Positions 50,188 through 64,000 are shown, counted from the first letter of the stretch. The stretch: DNA of 64,000 bases from Rhizophagus irregularis (GCF_026210795.1 NC_089433.1:4836001-4900000); one strand, 5' to 3'. Numbers and translations are program-made. Notes: a model not told the origin generated them from the sequence alone.

Positions 50188-50883
50188 ATGACTATGGATT
50201 GTCATCACTGTGGTAATTTCGGTCATAAGAAATACGAATGTACTAGCAAATGTCGTGTAGGTTGTAAGTGGTGTGATAAACCTCCTTCTAGACGTCAAAT
50301 TACAAGGAATAGTATAGAAATGCAAAGGCAACATAGTACTGTGAATATACAGAGAAATCAGGGATCTACAAGTAATTATTTATTTTATTTTTTTAAAAAT
50401 TATTCTTTTAATTGTATTTCTATTTTTTTTTTTTTTTGATCTTAAAATTATTATTAAATTTCATTACTAATATAGAGGGTATTATTTATTTATTTTTTTA
50501 GGTATTAATAACGGACAATTAAATTTACCACAACAATATTCTCAAAATACAAATGATGTTCGCTTTAGTTATAATGGTTCTCAAGGACATTTACAACAAA
50601 ATTTAACTGGAAATGTTGGGAATGTTGGGAATATGCAACAACATGTACCTAATAATATACAGCAAGTATCAGCGAATTTAGGGAATTTAGGGAATTTACA
50701 ACATCATCTTACTAATAATAATATGCAAAATGTACAAGTTAATGGTACGAATATTCCAACTATGGGTCAACCTACAAATATGAATAACTTACTTTTTGAT
50801 CCGGCATTAAGGCCTTTACTTCAGAAATTTATAGAATCTGCTTTTTTACAACAGCTTTCTCATCAACAACAACAACAACAACA

Positions 50884-50915
<32 letters not shown>

Positions 50916-52750
50916 AACAACAGCAACAACAGCAGCAACATCATCAACAACAGCAAGCGCAGGCGCAGGCGCAGGTGCAGCATATTAATAACACAAACAT
51001 TTATGGTTTACAATCGTCGAATCAACAAACTCAGTCATTACTAAATACGGATTATTTGCAGAGACTACAACCAACTCAATATCTCGTACAACAGTTACAA
51101 CAGTTATTAAATTCGAGCACCAATAATGCAAATGTCAATAATTCTAATGTCAACATGGCTAATGTGAACAATAATAATAACGTTAACAACGCTACTAATG
51201 TCAATTTTCCTAACGTTAACGTTAACAATTCTAATGCCCATAATCCTAATATTAACACTTCTAATATCAACATTGTTAATAATTCCAATGCTAATGTTAG
51301 TAACATTAAATCACAAGCAGCTTCAACATTAGTATCGCACATGTCTTTAACATCACCAAAGCCACCACAACCATTACAACTATCTCAACCATCTCAGTCA
51401 TCACAACCTCAAACACCACGACTGCAACCACTACAACTGCAACCTCCACAATCTCAAACATCACAAGTGCAACCATCACAAGTACAACCATCACAAATGC
51501 AACCATCACAACTGCAACCTCCACAACTACATCCTTCACAATTACAACCTTCACAACTGCAACCACTACAACTGCAACCTCCACAATTGCAATCTTCACA
51601 ATTACAACCTTCACAATTGCAACCTCCACAACCGCAACTACCACAACCACCACATCCATCGCAATCACAACTATCACAGCTACCACATCTTTCACATCCA
51701 CCACAACCACCACAACCACCACAACCACAACTTCCACCACAACAACAATTACCACCACAGCCACAACAATCACAACCGTTCGTGCCACAAACTGTTCCAA
51801 CTGTTCCAACCTGGAATCATAATCAAGTACATGTGCAAGAATCACAACAGGCGGATCAAAAATCCATTGAAGAGAACGAGGTGAATATTTCAAGTTCAGT
51901 TGTACCAACTACAACAGCAATTACATCGATAAAGAAAGAAGAAGGATCCGATAGTCATGTGGTTGTAGAACGACAAAAAACACCTCATCAAGAAGAAAAG
52001 ACCCATCAAGAGGAAAAAACAACAGAACAGCAGACACGAAATCCTGGGGAAACGAACGTTGAGATATTAACTAAGCTAAAAGTGTTAAAGGACAAGATTG
52101 AAAAGGGTTTACACCCTACGATTAAGCCGAAATTTTATAATCATCAAATTTCTGATGAAGAGAGGCATCAAATACAAAAAGGAGCGGAGAGGGACTCGAG
52201 ACAAAATAACAATAGATATAAAGAGAACGGTCGCCAGAATCATTTCTCAAGAGGAACGCGAGGGAGGAGTCCAGGTATTGACCATCGTTCTCCAACGATT
52301 TACAGATCAAGATGGAGCCGATCTCCGTATAGATATGATAAAGAAGGTATTATCTCGGATTATAGGAGATATCAACGAAACCGAAGTAGATCTACTAGCT
52401 TAAGACGAGATGTTCGTGGGCCTAACGACTATTCTGCAAGATCCGTCTCACCCAGATTCCGTATGACCGATTACGATGAAAGATATTATTTCCGAAATTC
52501 TGGACAAGATTTTCGTGACAAATATATGCCGCGTGGTATGTCAATGTCAATGTACGAAGAATCAAGACATGGCGGACATGGCGAAAGGTATGAAGATCGC
52601 TCGAGATCTTTTGGGCGATCAAGGTCTCCAATAGGATATCCAGGATGTCGTAGACAAAACGGTTGGTACGGAGGAGAACAGTACGAAAGAGAGAGACCCG
52701 GCTATGAATACGAGTTCTCTGCACGTCGAAGACCAACTGGTCGTTGGTAA
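50188..52750 (+). CDS. CCHC zinc-knuckle protein with polyQ, N-rich and QP low-complexity regions and an RS/RD-rich C-terminus (~810 aa); exons 50188-50371 and 50502-52750
   Basis: [14 protein letters not shown] fits CX2CX4HX4C. The GTAATT..TAG intron joins in frame to the 705-aa ORF. C-terminal RSRS/RSP repeats. Confidence 0.85.
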
Positions 52751-53331
52751 ATCGACTCGTTTTGACTATTTTTAATAAGTGATTATGATTATGAACGATA
52801 AAAAGATCCTTTTACGGTTATTGACGAAATTTATACCCATATTAAGATTAAATAGCCTTTCAGTTTGGGTACGATTATGAGAATTTTCATAGTGTATATA
52901 AAATAAAAAAATTAGGTAGTGTAAGAACACTTAAGTGGTGGAGAAAAATATTTAATATAAAAATTTTAATTTCTTTACGTTTAGATAAATGAAAAATAAA
53001 AGTAAGAAATATATGGACAATAATATGTTAGATTGTCCGTTAATTTGTATATAATAAAATTAAATAAAGTTTTAATAAAGATTTCCCAAACGGAAAAAAT
53101 ATTTTAACTTATTGATGACAATCTCGGGATTTGTGTTAAGCAAATTTATGTTTGCATTTCATTCACATTGTTATAATTTTCATGAAAAAATACGTAAGAA
53201 AGAAACAGAGAGATTTTTTCCTAATTAATCTATCACATTCGTACTAAATCAAATAATTACAATGATTTGAATGATTTGTAAATGATGATCGATTGCTTCT
53301 CGAAGCGATCAATCAATACACATTTATATAA

Positions 53332-53664
53332 CATTTTCAGTGACATTTCGTATTCATAATGAAAAATTCAATTTATTTGATTTTTTCAGTCTTGATGTGA
53401 TTAATGTGCTAAACACCAATCAACGATTTTTATTCATTTTAATAACCAACAAAGACCCTTCCCAGTTATATTGGACGTGATCACACTGATCACTGATCAA
53501 TACAAAAATGAAAGGAAAGCATTACAATAGCATTTTCAGTGACATTTCGTATTCATAATGACAAATTCAATTTATTTGATTTTTTCAGTCTTGATGTGAA
53601 TAATGTGCTAAAACGCCAATCAAAGATTTTTTATTCATTTTAATAACCAACAAAGACCCTTCCC
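53332..53664. repeat. ~132-bp direct duplication (53332-53463 and 53532-53664)
   Basis: Both copies run CATTTTCAGTGACATTTCGTATTCATAATG...CAAAGACCCTTCCC with few differences. Confidence 0.9.
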
Positions 53665-55859
53665 CACCTGCCATTGAAGTGCGTGATAAAGTCGTACACT
53701 TATCGCGTAGATGTTGATAATATCAACACCATAAATTCACAGACTATGAATCAATTACGTCTTTTCTAGCCATAATCTGCTTCGAATGATTGCTCTTTGA
53801 TCATCGTAAAGAGACAGGGGATTAGAGGTTATTCGGAGATATCACACACCATACACAAGGACTTTTGAAAAAAGAAATTAGACTTGGTGGAGGAATTTAC
53901 TAACCAATTAGGGATTACGTAATTAATTAGTTCTCGTAAAATCACAATTAAGGTGTGATATTTCTGATAACGAGAACAATATTACTAAAATTAAGCAAGA
54001 ATATCAAATAAAAGAGTTAATACTTAATACAATAAAATTTCCATCATGGTTCATTGATTCAGTGTTTTTTTTTTTCTTTTTCCCTTTTTTTTTAAATAAT
54101 AAACTCGTACTACTGTACACATAAGTCCCGTATATACTGCAATTGCGAATATGGGAGTGGCTGGTCTATTTTGACGAGTTCGACAATTGTAATTTTCAGC
54201 AATTTTTGTTCAAGAGTTCCTATCAATGCAGATGTAAAATTATCAATACAAATTTAAATTGAAATATGTCATAGATTAGTAGTTACCTAATGCCGAATAT
54301 TTGATTCTAATAAAGGGGTAGTAATTTTATTTTTTAACTACTATAGTCTTGTACCAAATCTTCTGAAGATATGGTAATTTAAATAAAATCAAGCTTTTTG
54401 TTATGTGCATAATTTAGAAGCTTCAAAGCGTTTAGGTTCAATATATGGAATTCTTCCAAAACACAATTAACGAAATTTTAAAAATCTAAAAATCTGTAGT
54501 TTTTGATTCAACGTGATAATTTTCGAATGCTGCAAAACGGTGTAACAAATTCAAAGTTAAACAAGATACTGTGGAAATACCCAAATATCCATCAAAATAT
54601 AAACTAAAAAGAAATTACAAGTTAACGGTGAACAATATCCATTGTAAGAGACGAAGACCATCATCAGCTTGAGCACGCGAGTTGCCATATCTGATCAGCA
54701 GAAAAAAGATCACGTGCGCGTTCCGATTCAAGAAAAAAAAATTTCGAACCGTGAGCTAGTGCACATAATAACAGATAACGTCCGTGCAATAAAGTAAATG
54801 CTAGTGAATGCACGAAATCGCCATATCTCATATAAAATGCTAATCGATCTAATTGTGCTAATTATTGGTTCAGGACAGTTCAGGTAAACATATCAAGTTA
54901 TCAGCTGATCTTTAGAATTAACAAATAAATCCATTTAAAAAAATTTATAACTGGCACGCGGCGACACAGTCGCCGCAAATCAGAATCCTTCTAGTCTAAT
55001 ACTTAGTTTGGCTAAAATTCATTTTCAGAAAGAAATTCTAACATTTGCATTGTACGACGTAAATTTAACAAACCTAGCAATTAAATGGAAAAATTAAGTA
55101 ATAAATATTGATACAACATAAATTTTTCATAAAATAGCAAATATAGTTACTTTATCCATAAGTTCTTTAGAAATCTTAGATTGTGGTAAAAAATGCTTCC
55201 GACCAAGGCGGGTCTACGGAAAAAAGAATACTGGGTGTTACACTGGATACCGTAGTCGATCGACCTCTGAACGAATCAGAAATTGAAGACGTAACAGATA
55301 TAATGTTTTGCGATTTTTCCATGTTTATTTATTTATTTTATTTAATAAAGAGGAGTGATCAGAGATCTATACATTGATAGGTATTTAAATACAAAGAAAT
55401 AAAGAAGAACTATTCTAGTATAAGATACTCGGATACCAATCCCAATCCTGTAAGAAATAAAATCCACCAAGGACAGGACCTCACCCTTCGATTTAAACTA
55501 CTGAAACGGTAGAACTATGCTACAGTTAAAGGACATGACTAAATAAAAAAGACCGTCCTTCCATAAGAGCTATCTAAAAGAAAAGAAAAAAAAATAAAAA
55601 AATAAAAATAAAAATAAAATTACTGTAACGTAGAAAAAAACCAAACAATCATAAATGATCTGTATTTTTCTTTCAGCAAATAAACGGGCCACCACCTGTA
55701 AATACTGTAAGAGGTGGAATGGTTCACACTATTCAAAATTGTTTGTTATCATTGTATGGAAAAATTAAATATGATGTAGAAAATTATCTACTGGAGTAAA
55801 AAAATAATACAATGGCTTTGCGAAATGACTAATTAGGGGGTGAAATGTCCAAAGAGTCC

Positions 55860-57642
55860 AATGCTCGAGGAGTCATTTGTGTTACTTGGCGAGGGACGTA
55901 ATTTTTTGATGGCTGTGTAGTGAAGTGTAAATTCAAATTTGTGTTGATCATAGTGTTTCTTTTTCTCTGTCTCATTCTATCTGTCGAGTGTCGTCTGAAG
56001 TATCAGAATGATTAGTTTCATCATTTTCGTTAATTGAATATTGTTGTCGAGCGTAATCAAGATAATTTATCGTAAAATCAGCTATTTCTTGTAAAACTTG
56101 ATCTTTAGATTTTTTATGTCGAGATTTCTTTTTTACCACTATTAACATTGGTAATTTTGGTTAACGCTGAGTGGAAATTATCCATATATTGTTGTAATAA
56201 TTTTACTTGTCGTTGTCTTTTTGATAAGTGTTTACACTTGTCCCTTGAAGACTAGCTGTTTCAATAGAAGCATCACGCTTTGATTTAGCTTTTTCTTCTG
56301 CTTTAAGTTTTTTCAGAGCCATTCGTTCTTGATCTTGTTTAATCTTCTCTTCACCTTTGATTTTCTTATGAAGTTTGCGATCACGGAGGTAGATTGTACG
56401 TTTGATATGTCCAAACCATTTGCGTAAGCCTGGAGCATAAAAGTCGTTGATAACTTGATCTGATTGTATATATGCGTCAGTAATCTCAAGTTTAAACAAA
56501 GGGGTTTTCGGTAAGTAGGAAAGGAATTCTGGACGAATATAATCATCTGATAAAGGCATTGGATTATAATTAGCAGTGATCTCATCCGTATTTTTTGACA
56601 AGAATCTAAGGTGGCCGATACATTTTTTATTTTAGCTGATATAGGTATGTGATCCAATGAAGTCGATTGTTCTATGATGGACTTTTCCAATTTGTTTATC
56701 ATACGAGGTTTAAAGAAGAACAAGGGGACTAAGAACTTGTAATCCTTTGGATTAGGAATACGGTCCTTATTACCATATTTCAAATGATGTATAAGTTTAT
56801 TAATATATTGAGATTTCGTAAAAAGAAATCTCTGTCGTCTAGCAGCAATTAACTTATCCTCTGCACTAAGCGCAGCATTGGATTTCTCATGATTAAAAAC
56901 TCTTTTGCAAGCTCTTTCAAAGCATTTTTGTTGTTTTTTTCTTGTACGACTATTATTGCTAGGGTGAATTTTAAGTCTGAGAAGCATTTTTTATACATGT
57001 ATCCAAAGTTTCCTTTGATAAATGATAATTTTCCATAAGCGTGGTATTGTATCTTATATTCTAGGCCTAAGCGACGTGAATAAACACGTTTATTAATGTG
57101 TTTACGCTATCTATTAAAAAGAGAATTGGCGTGATTGACTTTATTATTATAAGCGTTGTGTTTGATCAATGTTTGATTAGGGTCGAGGTGTTTAACAAAA
57201 TTATAAATTTTGTATTTAAAGAAATAGAGTTCATAAGAGACGCAAGCGCATCTACAGTTTGATATAATAAAAGGGGATGGAATGTCACAATGTTCTGCCT
57301 TTTTAATAAACTAGTCAGAATAAACATGGTATATAAATACCAAAATAAAATCTATATTTTTTATAACTAAAATGAAAGAAGGTTTTTGATGTCAATTTTT
57401 TTATCTTTATTGTTAGCATGTGATCTTATCATTTCATCATGGGCCAATAATTTGTCCCGTCACACTGAATTTAGAATAACTCGTTATGCCATAAAAAAGT
57501 GCGTGAGCATGATAATCATTGGTGTATATCCGTAAATTGATTTGATTAGTGTTTTCAAGTAGATCATCAAACTGAAAAAAGTAACTTCTGATTTCATAAA
57601 TCCTGTTCGATTTGGTTTGGTCACGTGGAACTTTTTGAACAT
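55860..57642 (-). pseudogene. Frameshifted basic ORF of a multicopy Glomeromycotina repeat family (probably retroelement-associated)
   Basis: Overlapping fragments 56313-56987 and 56203-56601 plus upstream YSRRLGLEYKIQY and RKKQQKCFERACKRVF. Stops and frameshifts, no introns. Family assignment is from recall only. Confidence 0.5.
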
Positions 57643-58099
57643 TTTATAGAAAAAAAAGTGTTGATGTAAAAAAAAAAAAAAAAAAAGGAAGATATATGGA
57701 CAGATAGAAAAGGGAAAAAATTATAACTCTAACCAGGGGATGTCAAAATACTAAAAAAAAAATGTATGTTTATTATATAAAAAGCTATCGTATTAAACTC
57801 CTGTCACAACTATAAGTGGGCGTATAATTCTTTTAAAAACAAAAGTTTTCACCATACGTATATACTGTGAAGTATGGAATGATAGATATTTACGAGTTGT
57901 GTAAGTTGGGTTATCTTTCTGTAACGTATTAGAAAATATTAAAAGTTTATTTTTGCGGAAAAAAATTTTCTATTGCGCCATTTTAACGGTTATAAAAATT
58001 TGAGGAAAGAGTTTTTTTTTTGCGATTTTCTCATGTAGACTTAAAGATTACCTGAAAAATATGGGCGCAATTCGTCACGTGACGATCAAAAAGCAACAT

Positions 58100-58930
58100 A
58101 AATATAAATCAGTGCGGGAGAAGATATTGTTGATTTACCAATGAATACATCAGATAATGTGATTTATAGTCACTTGTTCCAGTCTATTAACAATTTTTAT
58201 GACATCCAGATCAAAGCGCAATTAAATATTCTAGGCGCTTTATTCAATACTTCAACCTTGCAATACAAAAAATTCACAACGTCATACAAGAAATTTGGTA
58301 TCTTACGATCTCTAACGATATCAGCAAATATATCTCAAATTATCTGAAACTAACGTATTTATCCAAATCTTTGGATATGATTGGTAAATACGGATTCTCT
58401 ATTGACTTCACTTTCAATAACAACATAATAGAAGGCAATACACCCATATGTGATTACATAACTGGCCTATCAATAAACGACATTCGATCCCTCAAAAATA
58501 AGAATATCATCTATATGGACCAGTTGACTTCTCCAGATGGCTGCTATCTATTGTCATAGAAAGATGTTCAATGTAATAATAACAAGAATTTCAAAGGAAA
58601 TGGTATACACACTTAATAGATAATTACGTGTTAAATGATAATTTACGTTTAACGCACCCATTAAGGGACGTCATCAGTAACATTAATAGAACACATAAAT
58701 CACTACAAATTGTACCATCAATCACACAACCTAGACTACAATAGTCTATACATTGGAACAACTAACAAAAGAATATTATTTTTGGAAAAACTTTATCGCA
58801 AGATACAACACAATTTTCTTCTATTACTTATTTAGAACATTATATAGACAACCAAACACATTATGATGCCCAGTTAACTCCCAAATGGCAATTACTTTGT
58901 TTGACAGCTTGCAGAGGGTATACGATGAAT
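58100..58930 (+). mobile_element. Internal fragment of a non-LTR retrotransposon pol ORF (between RT and RNase H), degenerate
   Basis: IEGNTPICDYI..RSLKNKNIIYMDQLTSPDGCYLLS resembles recalled Glomeromycotina LINE ORFs. In-frame stops. Confidence 0.55.
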
Positions 58931-59168
58931 TCATATTATCCTCAGTTGCAAATTTTATTAGAATTAATAAAGTATTTTTATTTCGCCATTTTTTTTTATT
59001 TTGTACATATTATATATAAAGTGCATTAGCCCAAATTTTTATGTCAATATTTTTTTTCACAGAAGAGAGTGTGCATATTGTATGAATACTAAAAAAATAT
59101 CACAGCATTTGAAAAAATATATGCAATGTTTGTTTCACCCTATACATTGTAAAAATTCTATTACTAAT

Positions 59169-60545
59169 CTACATAGCACGAAATATTGCTTGCTGGATAG
59201 GAAAGAAATCAATAACCACATTGTTGATTGGGTATGGTGGGACTTGAGGATAGCCACGGAAAATACAACCTGGAAAAATATTCATAATACACATTCCTGC
59301 GGCGGTACATCCATTATACGGTTGATTATTCCTATCAATAGTTCCGAATTCAATCTAAAAAAAAGTAAATGCATAAATGATATTGAAAAAGAAAGCAAAT
59401 GCCAAGAATACTAATTCTTACAATTTGGACTGGTTGGTAATTTCCGTGTACATTTTGTAATTTGTACGCCTGTTGTACGACAGAATTTATAGCACTGCCA
59501 AAATACAGGACAATTATTAGACAAATGAAATAAATGAAATGACAACAAAAAAAGCAATACTGAACTGTGAAACGGCGCAAAGGAGTTCCGTTTTGATCTC
59601 TTCCTAAAGTCCATTTTCATAATTTTAGTACAAACACGTCCTCTACACGGTTCGGAGCCAACCAGAATTGAGTAGTCATGTGTATTATTCTCGAAAGACT
59701 TTCTGAATTAGCCACCTCAGCGATAATAGTAGGCCAAGGGTTACCCTATAAACCATAAACCATTATAGATTCAGATTGGTCTTTGTATTTTCAATAAAAT
59801 AATTCAATAAACAATACCTGAAGATCGCAAGGGTTTCGGGCTGGCCTAGGAAGAAGTGTTGGCATAAATGAATCATCCGGCTGTTTACTAGAACCTCTTG
59901 TTATACGTCCTGGAGTAGCATGACAAGCTGGATACAAAATACAAAATGATAGGTTTAATATAATATTACATTCACAAACAAACACTAAAGTACATACTTG
60001 CTGATCTGCAAGAATCAACTGTGCTTTGAGGATCCTGATGTTCAAATTGTCTAGAGAATGCACTATGTGCATATTCATGATCACGATTTGGCAACTCGAA
60101 TATGACTACAATTCCGTCTCGAAACTCCCAGTACTTTGATGCGTTCGTGATCTCACATTTTTTTTCGAACTCTTCATAACTTACACCTTCAATAAGGATC
60201 AGTGGGAGTCTAATAAAATGAAACAAATTTTAGCATGAACATTGAGAATCGAATTTATGTAGTGTTATGACTATGACTTTACCTATCTTTGTCAATAATT
60301 TTATAATTTCCGTCGATCCACCATTTTTTCTCTCTCTCATCTGCTTTGTTAGTGATGACTTCTTCCGCATTAGCATCGATAACTTTAATACACTCCTGAA
60401 CGCCAACTCATCTGCAGTTAGATCAGATAAGGAATCTACTGAACTTCGGCGAGAACTTAGAGGAAGTAATTAAGGAGTTGGTTAGAACAGAGGCTAAGGA
60501 ACTTCGACGAGAATGTGCACAAGTCTCGTATACCGTTGTAGACAT
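59169..60545 (-). pseudogene. Uma2-like (restriction-endonuclease-fold, PD-(D/E)xK) gene with lesions, ~5 exons
   Basis: VSYEEFEK..WEFRDGIVVIFELPNRDHEYAH, KQPDDSFMP, GNPWPTIIAEVANSES, IEFGT, VVIDFFPIQQAI. In-frame TGA at 59619-59617 and frameshifts in exon 1. Confidence 0.75.
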
Positions 60546-62559
60546 TTTCAGAAAGTTAAGGGATATAAACACTCGTATCTATTAAAGTTTAAAAAAAATT
60601 GAGAAAGTTTGAAGGTATATACACTTTATATACCTTTCTAAATACATCGTGACAAACTTTTTGTGGTTTGTAGTGACGTAATACAGCAAATAATATAGAT
60701 ACTTAATATGGTTTTATCATTACTCATTAGATTTTTAATTCTCTGACGAATTCTCAGGGTATTTATTAAAAAGGTGAATTAATGTTACGTAATTTTTAGG
60801 TCATTCTCATACGAGTAGTACGATTGACCGTATTTGGCTAATCAGAGTGGCTTTTTTTATTGATAAAGCGCAGTCACAACTTTAAAATCCATTTTTTTTG
60901 GTATTCAAATGAAATGATATTCCCTTGGTTGTGGGTATTAAACGAAACACTGAGGCCACCTTCGGCCTCTTCTCCCCCAACGTTATATATAGATAACTAA
61001 AAAAAAAATAAAACTGAACTGTGGTAAAATGAGTGTTTACTGCGGAAAACTAACAAAAATAAAAAAAGGGGAGAGTATTTTTTTCACGTTTATCCAATAT
61101 TATTTTTAAGGATTAATATTTACGATATAAAGGATTTACTTAAGCTGATTAATAAAAATTTTTGAATGTTTTGCATAACATAGTAAATTGTAATTTTATG
61201 CATTCAAATTTCACGTCTAAGGAGCTAAATGAGGTAACATAAATAATATCTTTTAATAAATCATAGATAACCTTTTTTTGTTCTAGCTTAAGATATTTTA
61301 TAATTATTATACACAATGGAAAACATGGACTGAGTTAAATGTAGGAATAATAAGATATCTTACCTAGAAATTTGGCAGTCTTATAATCATATTAGTTATT
61401 ATTTTGTTATTGTATATGTTCTATGTATAAAGCACTGGACATTTTCTCGTTATTGAGTTATTGATCACTTTATAATAGTGATACACAAATTTTGGTCACT
61501 TTATAATTAGTGATATTCACTTTATTATAAAATAATCAATAAGATACACGAAAAAGGTCTCAGTTGCTTACGTCATACATATCCAATAACTTTATTTACA
61601 CTAGAATCTATGATTATTATGCGCTATTATAGTCTTAGTGGTCTGATACATTATATAAGTAATGAGTTAAATGGGAGAATAAGTTGGATGATTTAAAAAA
61701 AAATCACAATTGGACTTACTAATATCCATAGTATAGATACAGAGGCTACAGTATTTTACCAGATTTTTTAAATTACTTAGTAATTTATGGTAAAATAGCA
61801 TTTTTTAAGATATATAAGTTTGTCAAAATTTAATATATTGTAGTCAATTTTTTTAATTTAAAAACTAATCAACTATAGCTTTTAAAAATATAATTAAAGA
61901 TATATTTTATATTGAAATACCAAAAGTTATTTAAATATAATTAATACCTACTATGTTTTCCTGTGTGACAGTAACGTTTAGATTACTGTGTACCCGTAAC
62001 GTTTAGACCCCGAAAGACTCGCGTATAACAAATAACCGTCGTACCGATCACGTGTATGTTTATCATATAATTATAAAAAGTTGTTATGCTTTACATTCAG
62101 AAATATTTTTTTATATTTTAAAACTATTTAACTATTTATTTTTGATATTTAAAAACTATTATACAGTATTTAGCTATCAAATAGAAAAATTTCGAATGAA
62201 ATTTGTTAGAAACTTAGACTTTTTATGCAATTTGAAGATCATAAAGTCCGGTAAATTACTGTAGCCTGTAGGCCTCTGTATTATTCAAGAGATTTACATT
62301 TTGAAAAACTAATTATTCAGGTGCTATTTATAAAAGTAAACCTTTAAGTAGTATGATAATTCTGCAATGTCTTTAAGGAGATTAAGAAGTCAATCTACGA
62401 AAGTACAAAAATTCTTGTATTACAATTGATCAACTAATTTATTTACATATTGTATTACACGGTGATTATTTGTCATACATCTACTCCGATATTTCTAAGC
62501 CACTGATGATATTTTTCTTAGTTTTTTTGGTTCAAAAAAAATTTAACAAAAGTTAACCT

Positions 62560-63560
62560 TTATTTCAAAGAATATGAGTGAAAGTCAACAAAGAGAGGTA
62601 TGTTACTTGAGGTGTGTCATTAAATCGGGAAAACTTGAGATTGAATGGTCTATTATCACACCATTCACCTGATACTGGATTGGGCTCTTTGAAAACAAAA
62701 ACACAGAAAATAGGAATTGGCTCAATGGTCATTAGTTTTATGTTGGAAATCATAGTAATCACACAACTCTACTCGATGGATGATATGCTTATAATGGTAG
62801 CCATTAGATCGGAACAGTTTCTGGGTAAAATCAAATACATATGAATCATATGAAGTATTTAAATAAAACTCATACACAAATGTACTTAATCCTGATTTCA
62901 CAAATTTTAATAAGACTCATGTACACTATCATATCATTACAACATTTATTTAAAAGACATAAGATCGATTGGGGATTCAATACAGATGACAACTAGAACA
63001 GATTGCAGAGAGGAGACTCTTCGAAGGTTTGTTGAAAGAAATACGAACAATGTTAATGTTTACATTAGAACTTATAAAGTTCAAAATGCATATCTCATAG
63101 TTGATCCTGAATCATATCAATGTCTCATAATTTACCATGGTGGAGAAAAGGATTATTTCTTATGGTCTGGATGGAAGTTGAGCAACTGTCAACATCAGCA
63201 TGTAACACACCACCATGTAAATTAAAAGCAACCATACTTATTGTATTTGAAGGTGAAGGAAATGACTTAATTGACTTAATTAACCTATTTTTTGAATATG
63301 TATAAATATAGTGAGAATACTTATGATGGGAAAGTGTATGATGAACTTATAGTTTTAGCTGAAAGTTGCATTTCATCATCATTTGAAGGGAGGGATAAAA
63401 TAACCCCAGATGATGATTATAAGATTAGAAAGAAGGCAGGGTGTCTTTATTAATTAAATTGATGCAGATGATCAGGAATAATTTTATGGAAATAAATTAT
63501 ATGAACCTGTTTGCGAAATTTGCCGAGAAAAAATCGTCTCTGTGTCTCTATGCTAAAAGG
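62560..63560 (+). pseudogene. Degenerate coding-like relic of unknown family
   Basis: Several short overlapping plus-strand ORFs with coding-like composition, broken by stops. No motif recognised. Confidence 0.25.
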
Positions 63561-64000
63561 GAGGTGAACATAAAAAAATCACACTTTAAGTGATGAATTT
63601 TAAAAAAATTTATCTTATTACAATTTAATTCTTATTTCTAGTCATGTAATGCTTGCTTTACAGTTATAATATACTTATTATAGCATGAAATTAAATTTTA
63701 TGTGTAATGAATACAGCTAAGTAAAAGAAAGTAATAGAATGAGAGAAATCTGTCCCGTTTAATGGCCTGTTACTCCTCCATATTGTAATGTTCCAATCAT
63801 ATCAATCATTCATCCATTTGAAATTTAGATATCTGTCATCTGTCAGTTAAATCAGATAGATCGGGTTAACAGAAGTCATCATCCATCAGATCTGAAACTC
63901 CTTTTGTCCTAAGAAATTTTTTTTGATTGTATACAAAGTATAGGATTTTCTCTTTTTAAAGTACAACCGTTAAAGACTAGTACCTCTTGAGCGAGACAAA

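Noticed and set aside
51076..51908. Minus-strand Val/Leu-rich ORFs (51076-51342, 51306-51908) as membrane proteins
   Set aside because: Antisense shadows of the CAA/CCA/AAT-rich low-complexity coding strand.
23975..52750. U12-type introns in the core genes
   Set aside because: No (G/A)TATCCTT donor at any splice junction I inferred.
54345..55190. Possible old TIR element (ACCAAATCT..TTCTGAAGATATGG versus the inverted right end)
   Set aside because: Similarity too patchy and no TSD identifiable by eye.
60952..60969. GC hairpin GAGGCC..GGCCTC as a Helitron 3' end or terminator
   Set aside because: No CTRR terminus at the expected spacing and no other supporting feature.

Overview
Very AT-rich, intron-containing eukaryotic DNA. 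The gene families (Sel1-repeat and CxxC/WCxxC tyrosine-kinase-like kinases, BTB-TLDc proteins, Uma2-like endonuclease, MMAB) point to an arbuscular mycorrhizal fungus (Glomeromycotina, probably Rhizophagus); this is an inference. The window has three compartments. (1) About 1-23.5 kb holds expanded signalling families and their pseudogenes, plus transposon debris: a hAT-like MITE, a pogo/Tigger element, and a second MITE inserted in a LINE relic. (2) About 23.9-52.8 kb is a dense, almost TE-free block of multi-exon housekeeping genes: Ska3, Qri7, Pcs60, TXNDC17, PARN, 4EHP-type eIF4E, a ZNF706/SERF-like protein, tRNA-Val(AAC), Gid4, Coq3, MMAB, APC15 and a zinc-knuckle/polyQ/RS protein. Several are invisible or fragmented in the ORF track because of short exons. 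(3) About 53-64 kb holds repeat/retroelement relics and a Uma2-like pseudogene. Best leads: an oversized, apparently structured intron in the cobalamin adenosyltransferase gene; an intronic box C/D snoRNA candidate in GID4; a Ska3 with a C-terminal winged-helix-like domain; and a kinase built from four tandem zinc-motif/N-lobe modules. Exon boundaries were read by eye from GT(GC)-AG signals and frame continuity. No database searches or folding programs were run.
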